Positions 44,201 to 62,354 of a stretch of DNA of 64,000 bases are shown piece after piece. The stretch comes from Eledone cirrhosa (Eukaryota): contig OZ024745.1 of NCBI GenBank assembly GCA_964016885.1, positions 78,182,001 through 78,246,000 on the forward strand, read 5' to 3'. A model generated the notes under the pieces. It had not been told where the DNA came from, did no database searches, and saw only the letters and a program-made list of their open reading frames with translations. A program made the position numbers and the translations under genes. Each line of letters starts with the position of its first letter. Positions within the stretch are counted from its first letter, which is position 1.

Positions 44201-45061
44201 CAACGACTCAATAAGAATTAAAGAATATTTTCATTCTATTTAACGAATATTTTGGGAAATAAACAAAATTGCAGGTTTAACTCCACAGGCTTCATAATGA
44301 GAGACTTTGAATGCTTCTCTGGAATTCCAGATGTCAGTTAAGCCAATCCAGATGTCAGTTGCACTTTATATCTCCGTTAACAGTTATGTACTGCACTCTC
44401 ATTTTTTGTGCAAACATTTTCTAACTGATACAATACAGCACCCAAAATCTGACTCGATGGGTGATTTTTGCCTCTTATCCTCTGTATCGTTTTGAGATAG
44501 AACTTGACAGTGTAAGTATAAATACGCGATTTATTCAAATTATCGAGTAGCCTTTAAGAAGCAGCTATCAGAATATTAGGAGTAGCTCATATGCCAACGC
44601 CACAGTTATACATGCTAACGTGGCCGAGATGTTCATTTTAAATCAATATTTATTCTTTGAGCATGATATCTTAACATTTAGGACTGAAATGAGCGAACCT
44701 ATTCCGAAGACCATCTTATAACATATTTGAGGAGAAAGCTACGTTGTTAAATTTAACTTATGAAACATTCTCGGGCATGCTTTTCCCGTCGCTCTTTCTA
44801 TTGATATGGACTTTCTAAGGAATGACTGGAATATTTCTCAGGCGATTAGACTAGCATCCAACAACTGTAGTATCAACATACACATTGCATGAGGGGTTGA
44901 TAAAGAAAAACAACTCTTATCGCCATACATTTTGATTCTTTACGCTTTTGAAATACACATTCTTCTCCATATAAAAGGCGAAATTATATGACATTCTGGT
45001 CATTTGCTAAGTACTTATTACACTCAAAGTTCGATTCCTGGCTCGTTAATTTTTCTTAGTT

Positions 45062-45255
45062 GTGAAAGCATAGATGGATAGATTTGACGGGCAAAAACAA
45101 CCGGCAGGAGACCCAGGGGTAGTACTCGAGCAAGATGGTTGGATAACATTTATGATCTAGTCTGGCCTTGCTTGGAGATCCAGCCGGATAAAGTGGCGAC
45201 GGATGTTTTTGACAGGATCCGCTGGAAAGCGTTTTTGAGAACTCTGCTGCCAAGA
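45062..45255 (+). mobile_element. RTE-clade LINE 3' fragment
   Basis: Same family as 50770-51190 (acgggcaaaa.caaccggcagga...cgagcaagatggttggataacat). Confidence 0.75.
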
Positions 45256-46306
45256 CTCTCCCATGATTAGGTAGAAGATGCTTGATACCATAAAATATAC
45301 TACAAAAGTATTGTTACTCTATAATGTTCATATAGATATTTGAATTGCATTTGTTGATATTTTATTTCTTATGAGAAAATTTGTGTAATTTAGTCAGATA
45401 GGTACCTTTGTAGTTGGGTGTTTGTTATGACAAATGAAAAACAGAATCAACTCTTTCGTATGACCATATCGCACTGATACTTCCGCTGAGATGATTTCCT
45501 TGTGTAAACTGTTTAGTTTATAAAACACCATTGGACAGATAGGTGGGGGGGGGGTGCACGCGCACGTGTTTGAATTGATATATGTATGAACTAACGTCTC
45601 CGGTGGCTATAAATATTTTCTTTCGTGTTGTCGGCAATGTACCCTATATAAGTTTCCACTCAAGGAAATAAGGTGAATCAATCATTTATTAAGGAGTGTC
45701 TAGGAAATTGTAATCCTTAAACGCTCTATTGGGTGACATTTTTTTTATGACAATCTGTATACCTGTTTCACTACCATTTCCCCACGTTGCTGGCAATATT
45801 TGAAATTTCGTAACCAATACTCTCTATTTAGACACTAAATTTATGACTCTAAATTGAAACTCTAAATTTATCTGTAAGTTATCACGATGCTCCATGACAA
45901 TTAAAACTAATTTATAAAAATATAGCACGCGATATTTTCACAGCTGATCATAGATGAAGGGCTGAAATAAATAAATAAAAGTTTATCAGCGAATATATCT
46001 TTCGATGAACCCCATTTTTCAGGAGTGTTCTTTGAAACTAATATACGTTGTCATTCTGAGATGTATGTACTTGCATTCGTTTTTATATGCTTTCTAGCTT
46101 GTGTTAGATGGTCCCCCAAAAATATTCATGAAATATAATGTGGGGTTTTCGTTCCGTTTGAGTTAGCAGGCGGGTTAAGTTGCAAAATAGACCGTCTTTG
46201 ATTACGATATCACACACTGATACACTCCTTTCAACACTGATAGCAGTTTATAATTTAAGCTATACTCCCTATATGTCTGTCTACTGTCTGTCTGTGTGAC
46301 TTGCGT

Positions 46307-48112
<1,806 letters not shown>

Positions 48113-48350
48113 AAAAACAAATAACGAAACGAAATTAAATTTCTGGAGAATAGAGGGAAGGTGTTCCCCCGAAAACCAGTATGACTCTAAAAACCGGTTT
48201 GTCTGTGTGTTTACATACAGAATAGCTGCGTTGCTCACAGTAAAGCAACCAGTGAAAGACTTGTTACACCTACATATGTATACGTGTGTGTATTCATATA
48301 CACACTAGTATTTCAGTATGCATATGTAGATGTACATTTTTAACTTAATT

Positions 48351-48557
48351 GTATATATATATATATGTATATATATATGTATATATATGTATATATATAT
48401 ATATGTATATATATATATGTATATATATATATGTCTATATATGTATATATATATGTATATATATATATGTATATGTATATATATATATGTATATATATAT
48501 ATGTATATATATATATGTATATATATATATGTATATATATATATGTATATATATATG

Positions 48558-48620
<63 letters not shown>

Positions 48621-49203
48621 GTATATATATATGTATATATATATGTATATATGTATATATATATGTATATATATATGTATATATATATGTATATATATAT
48701 GTATATATATATGTATATATATATATGTATATATATATATGTATATATATATATGTATATATAAATGTATATATATATATGTATATATAAATGTATATAT
48801 ATATATGTATATATATATATGTATATATATATATGTATATATAAATGTATATATATGTATATATATATATGTATATATATATATGTATATATATATGTAT
48901 ATATATATATGTATATATATATATGTATATATATATATGTATATATATATATGTATATATATATATGTATATATAAATGTATATATATGTATATATATAT
49001 ATGTATATATATATATGTATATATATATGTATATATATATATGTATATATATATGTATATATATATATGTATATATATATATGTATATATATATATGTAT
49101 ATATATATATGTATATATATATATGTATATATATATATGTATATATATATATGTATATATATATGTATATATATATGTATATATATATATGTATATATAT
49201 ATG

Positions 49204-49234
<31 letters not shown>

Positions 49235-49360
49235 GTATATATATGTATATATATATATATGTATATGTATATGTATATATATGTATATATATACATACAT
49301 ATATACACACACATATTCATATACATACATACATACATGTGTGTTTGTGTGTGTGTGTAT
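48351..49360. repeat. ~1-kb (TA)nTG microsatellite
   Basis: Seen directly in the sequence. Confidence 0.97.
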
Positions 49361-49656
49361 GAACACATAGCTAAAATCGTCAGTTATTAGTAAACGAAAG
49401 CAATAAATAACCTGTATGGGTTCGAACCGACAGATGGGGTCTTGTAAAAATAGCTACAGGGTATTATTGCATATTACTGTAATGTCCAGGAATGTCGAAG
49501 GAAATGTGTATTGTACGATTAAACGAATTTGTGTATGTACTCAAAGATATTTACCTGAATTTGCTTGTAAGAATTAGCGAAGTTGAATTTTAAATACATC
49601 GAATTTTGTTTTTTATATTTAACAATATTTTACGTGATGTATGAAGGTATATTTAT

Positions 49657-50064
49657 GATTGGCAGTATCAGTAGAGAGTCGGACACCATGCTATGCAGCA
49701 TAGAGTTACGGCCCTTTACGGTCTGAGTTCAAATCCCATCAAGGTTAACTTTGCCTTTCCTCCTTACGGGGTCGATAAAAATAAAGCACCAGTAACGTTC
49801 TGGGGTCGATTTAATCGACTTTCCCCTCTCCCCAAATTACTGGCCTTGTGCCTATACTAGAAATCATTATTATGTTATGTGAATTGGCAGTATCAGTAGA
49901 GGGCTGGACGCCATGCTTTCTAGCATAGTTACGTCCCTTTACGGTTTGAGTTCAAATCCCGTCGAGGTTAACTTTGCCTTTCATCCTTTCGGGGTCGATA
50001 AAATAAAGTACCAGTAATGCACTGGGTAATTGCTGGCCTTGTGCCAAAAGTAGAAACAATTATT
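49657..50064 (+). mobile_element. Two SINE family 1 copies in tandem
   Basis: 49657-49872 (long variant) and 49883-50064 (short variant). A further very degenerate copy may follow at ~50170-50330. Confidence 0.85.
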
Positions 50065-50764
50065 ATATCCTGCTTCATGTATGTGAATACAGGAGACAAC
50101 ACTACATTAAGTGATCGCAAATGGTCGTACATTAAGTGATCAGCTATGTTCAACATCTAAGAACGTGAATGTGGTGGGTCGGTAGGATGGCAGACAAAAC
50201 GCTGGCAGTATTTATTTAAACATATTTTATGTTCTAATTTCGAATCCTGCTATGGTCAACGTTACCTTGTATCTTTTGGAAGCCAATAAAATAAAGAAAC
50301 ACCTGGGTTAATGTAATCGATTCTATTCAACACCGATGTGTGAATTGAACCCATGTTAGATAAATACGTAAGAGCACGCGTTTGTTTAGCCTCAAACGAA
50401 ATCTTTTTATAATTCAATCAAAAGTTCTATTAACAATGATTACCGAGGTTCTTAGGTTAACGCACGTGAGAATATATTTAACCGATCAAAGAAAACACAG
50501 TTTTCTTTAATCTGATTTTTACTTACAAATAGTATTGTCCTGAATTAGTTGCGTGTTTCTTTTCATCAACTTTATAAAACAATTTTGTAAGTGTAAGATT
50601 GAAATAATATGATGTTTTTCTTGACGTTGAGGTTTTTCAATCGTTTGTGGATCAGCTATTATATGTCACACCATTAATATATAATTCAAAATGGGGTGTC
50701 AAGTAAGGTGCTTTCGGGAACATTAATCGTCATATTTGTTTCATTTAGGTGTATTCGAATAACA

Positions 50765-51192
50765 ATGGTCATGAATCTTGGGTAATGACCGAAAGAATAC
50801 AATCCCTAATACAAGCGGCCGAAATTGGGTTCTTCCGAAGAGTCTTTGGAGGAAGTAACGTTACTCAATAGAGTACGTAGCTCGGAGCTCATTGAGTCGC
50901 TCCAGGTAGAGCCGCTACTTCTCTGAATTGAAAGATCACAGCTCCGATATTGTGGGCATGTGGTTAGAATATCTCAGGAAAGAATCCCTGGACAGATTTT
51001 ACGGGCAAAACCAACCGGCAGGAAACGCAGGAGTAGACCCCGAGCAAGATGGTTGGATAACATCCATGAGCTTGGTTGGTCACGCTTGGGGATCCATCCG
51101 CTCCAGTTGGAGATGGTTGTTTCTGACAAGACCCGCTGGAAGAAGTGTCTGAGGACTCGACCCCCTACGAACCTCACAAGAAGAAGAAGAAG
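50765..51192 (+). mobile_element. RTE-clade (Rex3/Expander-like) LINE 3' fragment
   Basis: GHESWVMTERIQSLIQAAEIGFFRRV...ERSQLRYCGHVVRISQERIPGQILRAKPTGRKRRSRPRARWLDNI; (AAG)n tail. Confidence 0.85.
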
Positions 51193-51375
51193 GGTGTATA
51201 TTTATAATAATATATCAGATGCATAACTTGAATAACGATATATGTTATTTTTCAAAACTTTTTCTAACTATGTATTGATGAAGAAAAGTCTCTTGAAATC
51301 GTTCTGGATTTCTGAGTTTTATGTTCATGATTCGTGCTGCTTTCCAATATATGTGTGTTAGTGAGTTTGTGTATC

Positions 51376-51456
<81 letters not shown>

Positions 51457-52497
51457 CAGAGAAAAAGAGAGCGCGAGAGCGTACGCTATAACAGCATAGC
51501 GTTGCAAAACACACCTAGGGAGGGATTACTTAACATGAAACCGTCCATTAGGGCACTTTGGAAAAGAAAATCTCGACTCCAGTAGAGAAACCGAACTATG
51601 CAACAAATATAATAATTTGGCTGTAAAAAAAATCTTCATATCCGAAATATAGATTTACAGTTAATGCCAGCAGCTGAAACGATGGCTTCTATTCAACAAC
51701 GTGCTTATGCACAGGAATAAATTTGCGAATATAACCCGTGTGCAATGAAGAGACGTTGCTGCTTCTATGAACCCGTATTATGACGTACCACAAGAAATTT
51801 CTTGAAACGAATGTGTAATAAGTTGGCAGAATTGTATCTTTTTTGCATTTGGGATGTATTCAAAAGACGAGATATCAGAAAACTAAAAGATATTTGAGTG
51901 CAACATCAACTTTCGGCGAAGTCGAAAACGTTACTCGGAACCTTTATCAACAATATTAGTTGCTGCTTCGATGGGCTTCCCTTATCGCAAGTATATCAAC
52001 ATAAGGACACATGGATATTGCAAATAACAGAAGGGTTCATCGTGGGATCAAATTCAGGCCTTGTTGTAAGAATGTGTTAAAATAATTTCTATTCAATGTA
52101 TTTTACTAACAGCAGACCGAAGAGCTACTGTTTCTAGTTGTGTTTTAATTGTTTTACTATAAAAACGTTTACTGTTCAGCAGGCTCCTTATCTTTGTCAG
52201 ATTTGTTAACATACTATGTGCATCCTTTCGTAATATATTACTTCTTTTTTTCTATTTACATAACTTTTGTTATGCTTACATTTTGATATTGCTCCTATTG
52301 TTTTCGTTACTCTATTTGTTGTTCATTTTCTCAGTTCATATGACATTATAGATCGCGTAGCTCAAGTTCTGCAAGCAAAGCTTTCGGGAATCTGTTTACT
52401 TATTAGAGTTTGCTATACATTCATGTATGTATGTCGAGATTAGAATATAATTTCAATCTCACGCACGCGTGAAGTAGTGTTTGTTGCTGTTAGCATC

Positions 52498-52678
52498 TGG
52501 CAGCATCGGTGGAGAGTCGGACATGCTTTCCAGCATAGTTACGTCCCTTTACGATCTGAGTTCAAATCCCGCCGAGGTTAACTTTGCCTTTCATCCTTAC
52601 GGGGTCGATAAAAATAAAGTACCAGTAATGTACTGGGATAATTGCTGGCCTTATGCCAAAAGTAGAAACAATTATTAT
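52498..52678 (+). mobile_element. SINE family 1, ending ~32 bp upstream of the exon acceptor
   Basis: Matches the family 1 sequence. Confidence 0.85.
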
Positions 52679-52710
52679 CAAAATAATACAACTACATTTC
52701 TTATTTACAG

Positions 52711-52776
52711 GGATCCTTACAAGAATTGAAACTCTACTCGAATCCCGACGTTGCCACCTACCACGAAGAGGCCTTT
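52711..52776 (+). CDS. COL18A1: Collagen XV/XVIII-like gene: next exon, completing the TSPN domain (GSLQELKLYSNPDVATYHEEAF)
   Basis: Acceptor ttcttatttacAG ending at 52710; donor GTAAGT at 52777; 66 nt, phase 0-0. Splices in frame to ...KNMFV to give F-V-G-S-L-Q-E-L-K-L, the last LamG strand (FxGx[IL]Q[EQ]L). Not in the supplied ORF track. Confidence 0.85.
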
Positions 52777-53019
52777 GTAAGTATCAGACACTTTTACTTT
52801 GTCAACGACTAATTCTTGTTTCCCCTAGTTGTAAAGCTTCTAATATTTCATAAACAACGAATATACAACTCATGATTTGAAGCTCGCCTTCTTTTCTGAC
52901 AACCTGAGTGACAGCACCAAAATAACTCATAATAGACGAGAGTGCTACAAATATCTTAGTCTTGATAGGTATCCATTTATGCAGATATATATCAGTGCAT
53001 ATATAAGTGGGTGGAACTT

Positions 53020-53178
53020 GTGTGTGTGTATGTATATATGTATATGTACGTATGTGTGTATATATATATATATATGTATGTACATATATATGTATGTACA
53101 TATATATGCATGCATATATATATGTATGTACATATATATGCATGCATATATATATATGTATGTAGATATATATGCATG

Positions 53179-53211
<33 letters not shown>

Positions 53212-53371
53212 AAGGCATGTATGTATATGCATGTCTGTATGTGTATATTTATATATTTATATATATATATGTGTGTGTGTGTACATATATATTTATGTAT
53301 GTGTATATATGTATATGTATGCACATATATATGTATGTATGTATATATATGTATGCCCATATATATGTATG

Positions 53372-53427
<56 letters not shown>

Positions 53428-53520
53428 AACATATATATGTGTGTATGTACATATATATGTATGTGTATATATATATGTATATACATATATATGTATCTAT
53501 GTACACATATATGCATGTAT
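53020..53520. repeat. Degenerate TA/TG/CA microsatellite
   Basis: Seen directly in the sequence. Confidence 0.9.
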
Positions 53521-54416
53521 GTTCTTTTGGTTTTATAATTTCATGTACAAATATATGTATGTATACATGCTTGCCTGCGGGAATGTGAACTACTTAAGAT
53601 TTTGATCAATATTTTGAATATACGCAAATACATAATATACCTTACTTATTTTAGTTGTAATATTCCCATGTATGTGCTTTTTTTTCTAAAAGCAAATTTC
53701 CTTCGCTGTGTATAGCCCTCCAGCAACTTGTTTGTTCACAACGTCCGGATGAAATAACGATACAACACAAGATATCTTTCTATTTTTCCTTCTTTTTATA
53801 TAAGGAAGCGGTTAACATATTTTGTAATGTATACAATTTCGAAATATGAATTTTTTCATTACCAAATGTGCATATGTTATTCAACAAGTGAATGCGTTGG
53901 CTGAGAATTAGTAGAGTGCCTACTGGGAAACCTGCTGAGAGACTGGAGGTTCGCATCTTATCACTAAGGTGTTGTGTTTGTGGCTAAAATATCTAGTTCT
54001 TAATAGGGGGAATAATTTGAATAACGGTGCTGCAAAATACTCTTTCAGGACAGGCGACGTTATCTTAAATTAATTGGGTAGTCAACTATTTTAAAGAAAA
54101 GAAATTCTGAAAACATTCACTTTAGTTGCTACAATTATATGCAAATCTATTCGACATCTAAATCCCATGCAAAATCATCAGTAAAACCAAAACAGGCGGT
54201 AAAGTCTCGTTCAATGCTAAATGCATAAAGTCCCTAGAGGTAAGTGCCATAGCTTCCATGCAATTAAAGATAAAGAATACACTAGAGAACAGACGTAGAA
54301 TTATGCAGGCGACGTGTTGCTACAATCTGACAGGCAGTAAGATGAATAGAAAGCATAATTACAGAATTACAAACCGAGAAATGACCTGACATGAAATGAC
54401 ATTGAATACTCTCTCT

Positions 54417-54483
<67 letters not shown>

Positions 54484-56123
54484 CTCTCTCTCTCTCTCCC
54501 TCTCTTATTACCTAAAGAACAAGCTACTCTTACATTTCCGTCATCAAAATCAAACACAATGCAATTTCTAAAAAGCTATTGCGAAAAGGTAACGTGTACC
54601 AAATGCTCATGATAAAAAACAGCAGACAAACTTCTGACATAGCGCCACCCTGCATCATCTTAAAAATTATAATAAAATCATGAAGATAATGAGAAACCTC
54701 AAAGCCGATATAGATCTTGATCCCGATCAAATTCCAATTCATGGAATGCTGAAAGGAATTAATTAGTCACCCATTTCACTTCTGCTTTTTCTGAGATACT
54801 TTTACAAACCACTAGAAGTCCACCTCTCTGACATATATGCACAAGAAGAAATGATTAACTCATATCGTTACTCATCTATGTAATGGAGTCAGTAGTCACC
54901 AAGTAGTTGAAAGTCTACCTAGTGAAAAAAAAACCAACTCAGTCATTGGAAACTTCTACCCTTTCCCAGTCATGGAATAATTATCTGGACATGGGACAAG
55001 AGGTTTGCCTTATAAGCCATTGATATTTATTGATCCTGCACCATGCGGAAACCGAAAATGTGTGGAGAAACTTCTAACATTGTCGTATCCCAAAAACACC
55101 CTTTCAAGTCAATCATTTGATCTGTCATGTTTCATTGCCTAAGGTTCAATACGCAAGGTTCTGTTCTCGGCTTACTCGTGTTTTCAGTTTTCATGAATCA
55201 TCTGATGGATGCTTGTAAACACAGACTGTATTTCCACTTCATCGAACCACGTTTTTTACACCAGTAACATTTGCAAGTCAAAGCTATTATCCGGTAGCTA
55301 AAGTAAACAGAATATATCAGGATGAAAAAGTACAAATAATAATAGGTTATGAATAAAAAGAACACAAGCTTTGAAAAGCATTTTGTGCGAGGCAAAATTG
55401 TGAAGCTATAGTTGGAAAGAAGAACCAGCGTTTACAAAGCGCAAATCCGAATATATAATATAGTATGCCTATCCATCGTAAATAAATAACATGGAAAAAA
55501 ATGGAAAGCCATTGCAATATATTTTTCTCTTTAATGAGTACGCGAAGACCAGTTCTTCTGTGGTGCCCCCAACAACCAAAAGAGATACGGGACATCAAAA
55601 TGAAGTGTTGAAATAAATTTACATTTTGAGTTGCAAGATCGATGAGCTGTAAGTTATTTTATAGTGAATAACTCGAATGGTGCAGCAAAAAAAAATGTCA
55701 TCACATTTTAGGAGGCTTGTTGTAGTGTGTATTATCGCCAAATACTACCTCGAAATCTCATCTACTTTATATAGAGTTAATAACATACTTATTGCATTTA
55801 TATGAAGAGATTGCTACAAAGCTAGTAAACTAGAAATGAATGTACGATATAAGATATGTGTTATACATACATCTACTGATGTTTGTGTCACTTTCATGCG
55901 AGGATTATTATACGAGGTAGAGAATTTTGCTATTTACATAGATATACTGAATTGCGTACACTAACTAAATTGATAAAACAAGGTTCATTGTCAGTAACAA
56001 ATCATGAGTGTTCTCCAGTTATAATATTACTTTTGTTGATGCTGGTGTTAAGGTTATGTTTTGGGGATTTTTTTTTTTTTGTTACTATTAGCTTTAATCT
56101 ATTAGCTTCATAATTCTCTTTCT

Positions 56124-56165
<42 letters not shown>

Positions 56166-56227
56166 ACGCACATATACTCACGCTCTCTAATTGTCATTCT
56201 CAACTTTTCTATTTCTCTCACGCACAC

Positions 56228-56265
<38 letters not shown>

Positions 56266-58894
56266 GTGAAACATTTTCATGTTTGGATCATTTCTACTTT
56301 GTTGATCTCTAAATGTGCATCTGTTGTTTGGAATCACAGAAAATAATTAACAGGACACATTACATGGCGAACAACCCATAAAATTAGTTCTAGACTATTT
56401 AGTTTCAACAAAAGTGTCATTCTCCTCCCCACTTTCGAATGACACTAACAATAAGGCTCACTAATAACTCATTCGACTGTAAACTATAAAGACAAAGTGT
56501 TCTAACCGCTAATCATACTCATTTGGTTTATTCTATTTGCGGTCATGGCGGTCAAAATAGAAAATATATATTTAATAAAATAGAAAATATATATTTAATG
56601 TAATATATAACTTCATGTTATCCCCATGGGTATATTGATACTTATTCATTAGGCATCTATATTTCTGAACATAACAGTATAATTATATATTTCATTGTAT
56701 CCGTTTACAATAAAATGATCTGAAAACAATACAATACAGAAAACGTGGCCATTTTCACTTCTTCTGTGGAGGTAATGCCAAGATATATTTTCTTTAAATT
56801 ACTAACTGGAACAAGCTTCTTTAAAAAAAAAATCCAAATATTGCGTTATTTTTAATTTCAATACTCCCAACACGTGTGGTGAAGAACGCTCAGGTAAGTT
56901 TTCGGTAAACCAATGCTCACGTTTCATCGTGTATATAAAATAATATTTTGCGTTCTGCTGAAGCCTGCTTACAAATTGCAAGAGTTTACCTATTGAACAG
57001 TGGGTAAGAAATATTTATATATGATAACACTTAATATTTCAACAGAAAGTAAATAATAACAATAAATTTTATTTGTAGTTAACCTTCTTTTGCTATATTT
57101 CTCATAGAATATAATGTAACCGAATTAATTAATGAAGAATTTGAGGTATTACCTTCAATGACTTGTTATTTCATTATAAGGATGACATGATAAAAGGATC
57201 TTATATTTAATTATGTTGACAAATTTTCATTTATATGGGAACCCTTTAAGATGGATGATATTGTTTCAAAAACCAGAGGCGGCTTTGGACGGTTGATATC
57301 AAAAGTAAAAATAATCTTCATGCCGTTTGAATAATTGTAGGAACCTCAAGACACACAATCTATTGACTCAATCAACAGCGGTCCTTTTTATTAATTATTA
57401 CTTCTATAAATTCATGACATTCTTGCTGCGATTTCCAATTCTAAATAGCGAAGTTTGAAGTCATAAATCTATATGGACTCTCATTTAGGATAGATATATT
57501 CATCTTTTTTTTTTTCATTATTTACATCACTACCATTTCAAAACTGTTATCATTTCCAATCCAAAATGGTATCTGATGACAAAACAAAAAAAAAGTTTAT
57601 ATGTTTCTTTCAGACACATCTCAAGTGACTACTAATAACATTACATTGCTTTTTAATAACCTTCTTGCAATTCCTACTTTCTGTTTCTTTTTTTCTGTAT
57701 TACCTTCGACAGACCTCTTTTCTTCGACCTTCTTCACGCCAAAGATCTGCAACACGACAAGCAGGGCATTCTGAAGCTAAGACATCAAAAATTCGGACAT
57801 CAGAGCTATGGGTTTGTCCCTTCTGTCATGGTGCTGTCTAAACTAAAATACCCTATAACAGTTGATTCTCTCCCTGGGTTCAGTTTCTTTACTATGTTTG
57901 ATCCCTTAACTTACAACCACTCATTTCATTTCCTTTTGGATTTCTTTCGCTTCTATTCACTCATCAAGTAGCATTTCACCTGTCACTGTTTTTGTTTTGC
58001 CTTTGTCTATTTTTTCTTTCATTCTACTGTTGCTGTGTATGTGTGTGTATTCCTTGTTATTTTTCTCCGTTTGCAGCACTGTATCCTTCGTTAGTCATTA
58101 GACTTAAAATTATTCTCATTAATATTACAAACCATTCCTTCTTTTCTCTTCACAATCATAACCAGCACACTCACATATCAGTCATTCTCCAGCATGGTAC
58201 ATTAACAAGAAATTAGCGCAGTTGTGCAATCGCAATTGTGTTACTTAAAATATCCTTCTTTAAAACTAACACTTCATTTTTCAAAACTAACACTTGCCAC
58301 CCCTATTATCTTTAATTCATATTTTCTTTATATCAGTCTCAGACACTTGCAGTTTTCAATCAGTTTCCGCTGTGAAGCACCATTTTCAGAATGTTACTAA
58401 TAAAGTCATTAATTCCATATTCCTTTCTTCTTTGTTTTTAGTATTCTCATAGGCACTTATGCACGCGTACATACATTCATAAAAATATGCACATGCATAT
58501 GCATCAATATGCACTCAAAACACACGCGCACACACATATGAGTATGTGAATATGTGGTGTGTGTGTGTTTTCCATATGATTTTCATATGCACATTTATGT
58601 AAAGCTACTTTGCGATGTTAGCTTTGTTACGTCCTCCCACATACACACATTTTTGGGTGTGTGAATATTGGTGAGAGTAATTTATATGAGATAAACAGGG
58701 TGTGCACACCCGAACACAGATGTTTTGCTACATTGGCTCTTCAGTCGACCGTACGAAGCACAATGGGCAAATGTTTTCTACTATAGCATCAAGTTGATCA
58801 ATGACTTGTTAGTGAAATGTGATAGGCTGACACTCTAATGAAGCCCGTCGTACATATATGTAGATTCCCGTGGGGAATCCGGAAGTGACCGCAG

Positions 58895-59026
58895 TTAAAG
58901 AAGGTACTCAATACGTTGGTAGAGTATAAGCATCTTTATTTTATGTAAAAATGACTTCTATGTGACTAGAACTGTTTCATTCGTATGAAATCATCAGGAA
59001 TGATTCCTGATGATTTCATACGAATT
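58895..59026 (-). mobile_element. Family C pLTR-like fragment with a short fold-back
   Basis: The minus strand reads ctgatgatttcatacgaatgaaacagttctagtc. 58979-59026 is a hairpin (attcgtatgaaatcatcaggaat / attcctgatgatttcatacgaat). Confidence 0.6.
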
Positions 59027-59043
59027 TTCTATGCAAAATAAAG

Positions 59044-59159
<116 letters not shown>

Positions 59160-59816
59160 ATGTGTGTGTATGGTTGTGTGTGTGAGTCGTTATGAGTCTA
59201 TGTTTACGTTTACCGTTGGATTATGTTCCGTAACTTAACGATTCGACAAACTGAAATTAATAAAACAAACACTGAACTTGGAAACAATCCTGAAAGACGT
59301 GCTTCAAAGAGAGAGAGGGTGAGAGAGAGAAAGAGTGATACGTTTATACATAAGGGCTGCAGGCTGCATCTCGGTTTACAGAATTGCCTCCCTTGACCTT
59401 TTTTTTCATACATGACTTTTTAGCCCTGCCAAAGACATAGATTTATTTCTGCATATGCTGCAGCATACGAAAAACAAAAGGGCCATGCCCACAAAATATA
59501 CTGTTTGAAGCATTTTTAAGTAAAGAAAGGCATTGCTCGTGACCAATCACCCTCTCTGAACGAAAGCGACAGGTACCTCCCAAAAAAACAGGTCAACATC
59601 ATTTACTGCCATCAAATCACGGGTTTTACATCGTTTGCTGCTATCGAGTCGCAGGTTTTACATCAAAGCTTAGATAGAATGCTATACGATAGTCGTACCG
59701 GTACTCCGCGCTGTGAGTTCAAATGGTGCCGAGATCAACAGCCTTTCATCTTTCCGAGCTCGATAAAAGAAGTACTTAGTCTGAACATTTTCACTCTCTC
59801 AATCGACACTCTTCTC

Positions 59817-60250
<434 letters not shown>

Positions 60251-60518
60251 CCGCTCTGCTCCAAAGCATAGAGCTAATTATTATGCTGCCAATACCTTAA
60301 TGGGACACTGGTATACAATACCTAACTCCTATTAACCTAAGTATATATATATATATATAATAAATGAAGAATTAGAAATAGAAGTTAGGAATATCCGTCA
60401 TCAGTTGTCTACTAGCCATCATAGGTATTTCTTCGCATTACAGACAATATACCTCCAGCTAGGGCGATACAATAACTAAAATAAGTTATTGGGATAGAAA
60501 GAGTTGGGTGGAGAAGGA

Positions 60519-60563
<45 letters not shown>

Positions 60564-62354
60564 TCTTTCTCTGAAGAAATCAGTTGTGTCCACCGTATGA
60601 CATTACGGTGCCACAAAGACTCCATCAGCTCCAACAGAACTACACCGTTTATTTATCCAACGTTCTGGACACAGTAAATCTGTTAGCGACTATATTTTAG
60701 CCTCAAGCAAAAAGCGAATTCGCTATGAAAGTGGCAATACTCTCTAGTTAATTGGAATACTTGGGAATTTAACCCCGATACTATTTTTCAGTAAGTCTAA
60801 GTATGTTTTAATTATATTAATATATATTTCACGAACATATTTTCTTCACATGTGCCTCTGTCCATTTTTTCCATCACCGAGAGTGCGTAACCCGATTTTA
60901 TCAACTATTATTTATAGTCATCGACTATTAATATAGTCATTAGTGTTGGAACAAATACATTGTGTGTGCGTGTTTGTGTCTGTCTGTCTGCGTATGTAAG
61001 TATGTATTTGTGTATGTATGTATATAACAGGATATACTTGTGCGTGAAAATAAGGGCGCTCACAAACTAATTGAGAAACTTGATAGGACGTAAGTAGAAT
61101 CTTAGATATTTATTTATTTGCATGTAAGTTTACAAAATTGTAAACTTGTTTCATTCATCATTAAATTCGTCAGAACCTACTATAAGAACTTATTGCTGGA
61201 TTGTTCAAATGTTTTATAAAGAAAAGGGTAAACAAGAAAAGTGAGAGGGAGATACTGTGAAAGAGGGGATGTTTGTAAAAAGGGTGAAACAAAAATTGAA
61301 AATATGATTCAAAGTCTTCATGCAAACGCCAATTTTCTTGAAAACTGTGCTGTATGATTCCGTATTGAAATAAAACGTGAACATACTTTCTGATTCAGCT
61401 TGAAAGAGAAAGAGTATTTTAAATTTAATGGTAAAAAAAAAAAAATGACGTTAAAATTATTTTCAAAATATATAGACATGTATGCTAACTCTCGCATAAA
61501 AACGCTTTGACAATAAATAGCATAAGATAATTTACGAGTTATACAATGCGGTAGACTGAAAACAAGTTTTGGTATTATAAAATTGTGTAGTAAAACACGA
61601 TTATGCTACGTTGATGAGACACTAGAAGCCGGGGAATTATTATTAAATTCGAGAAAGCTACTGTGAAAAAAACTAGAATAAAAGTAGATTAGAAAAATAT
61701 GAAAAGTGTGTGTGATAATGATCAAAAGGAGTCGGTACGTATCTTAAAATATGAAATGAGAACAGTTAATACGGTACTAAATACGTTATTGCGAGCACAT
61801 GCAAACGCACGTGCGCTCACATGTGTCCATGCACGCATGTACATGTGTATATGTACACTATAGCCCGCATGCTTCCACATAGGTCAGCGCATACATATGT
61901 ACGAGCCTAAATCCTATAACACTACTATTAATGTTCTCGTCATCATTATTATTACATTTACTGTTATTAATACCTTCAGCTTTTGGGAGGAAGGGGCAGG
62001 GATGCTTTGTCAAGTGAAATATTGTATGTAAACTATCGTTCTGGGGACAGAACTGGTTTGTAAGATTTATACCTTGCAAAGTTTTTGTGCATCTTTCTCA
62101 CTTTTGTAACTAGTTAATAAGAAAATGTAAATATCTCTTAACCTTTGACTCTACAATATAGTTCAATTCTGGTATGGTCACTGCCTCCGTCTCTCTCGTG
62201 CGCCCCATCTCTCATTATTATATTAAAAAAATGTGGATCCACATGCTGGTACCCCGCGACCCCGGCGGACAGAAAAGAGAAGGCCATCCCCAAAATCACC
62301 ACCTTTCCAACCACCAGAAAACATATAGATACAAACGTTTTACAAGGATAGTTG

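Noticed and set aside
54520-55720. Higher-complexity segment that might be a further collagen exon or a DNA-transposon remnant
   Set aside because: No Gly-X-Y or Ser/Asp-rich open frame with splice sites, and no motif I could confidently recognise.
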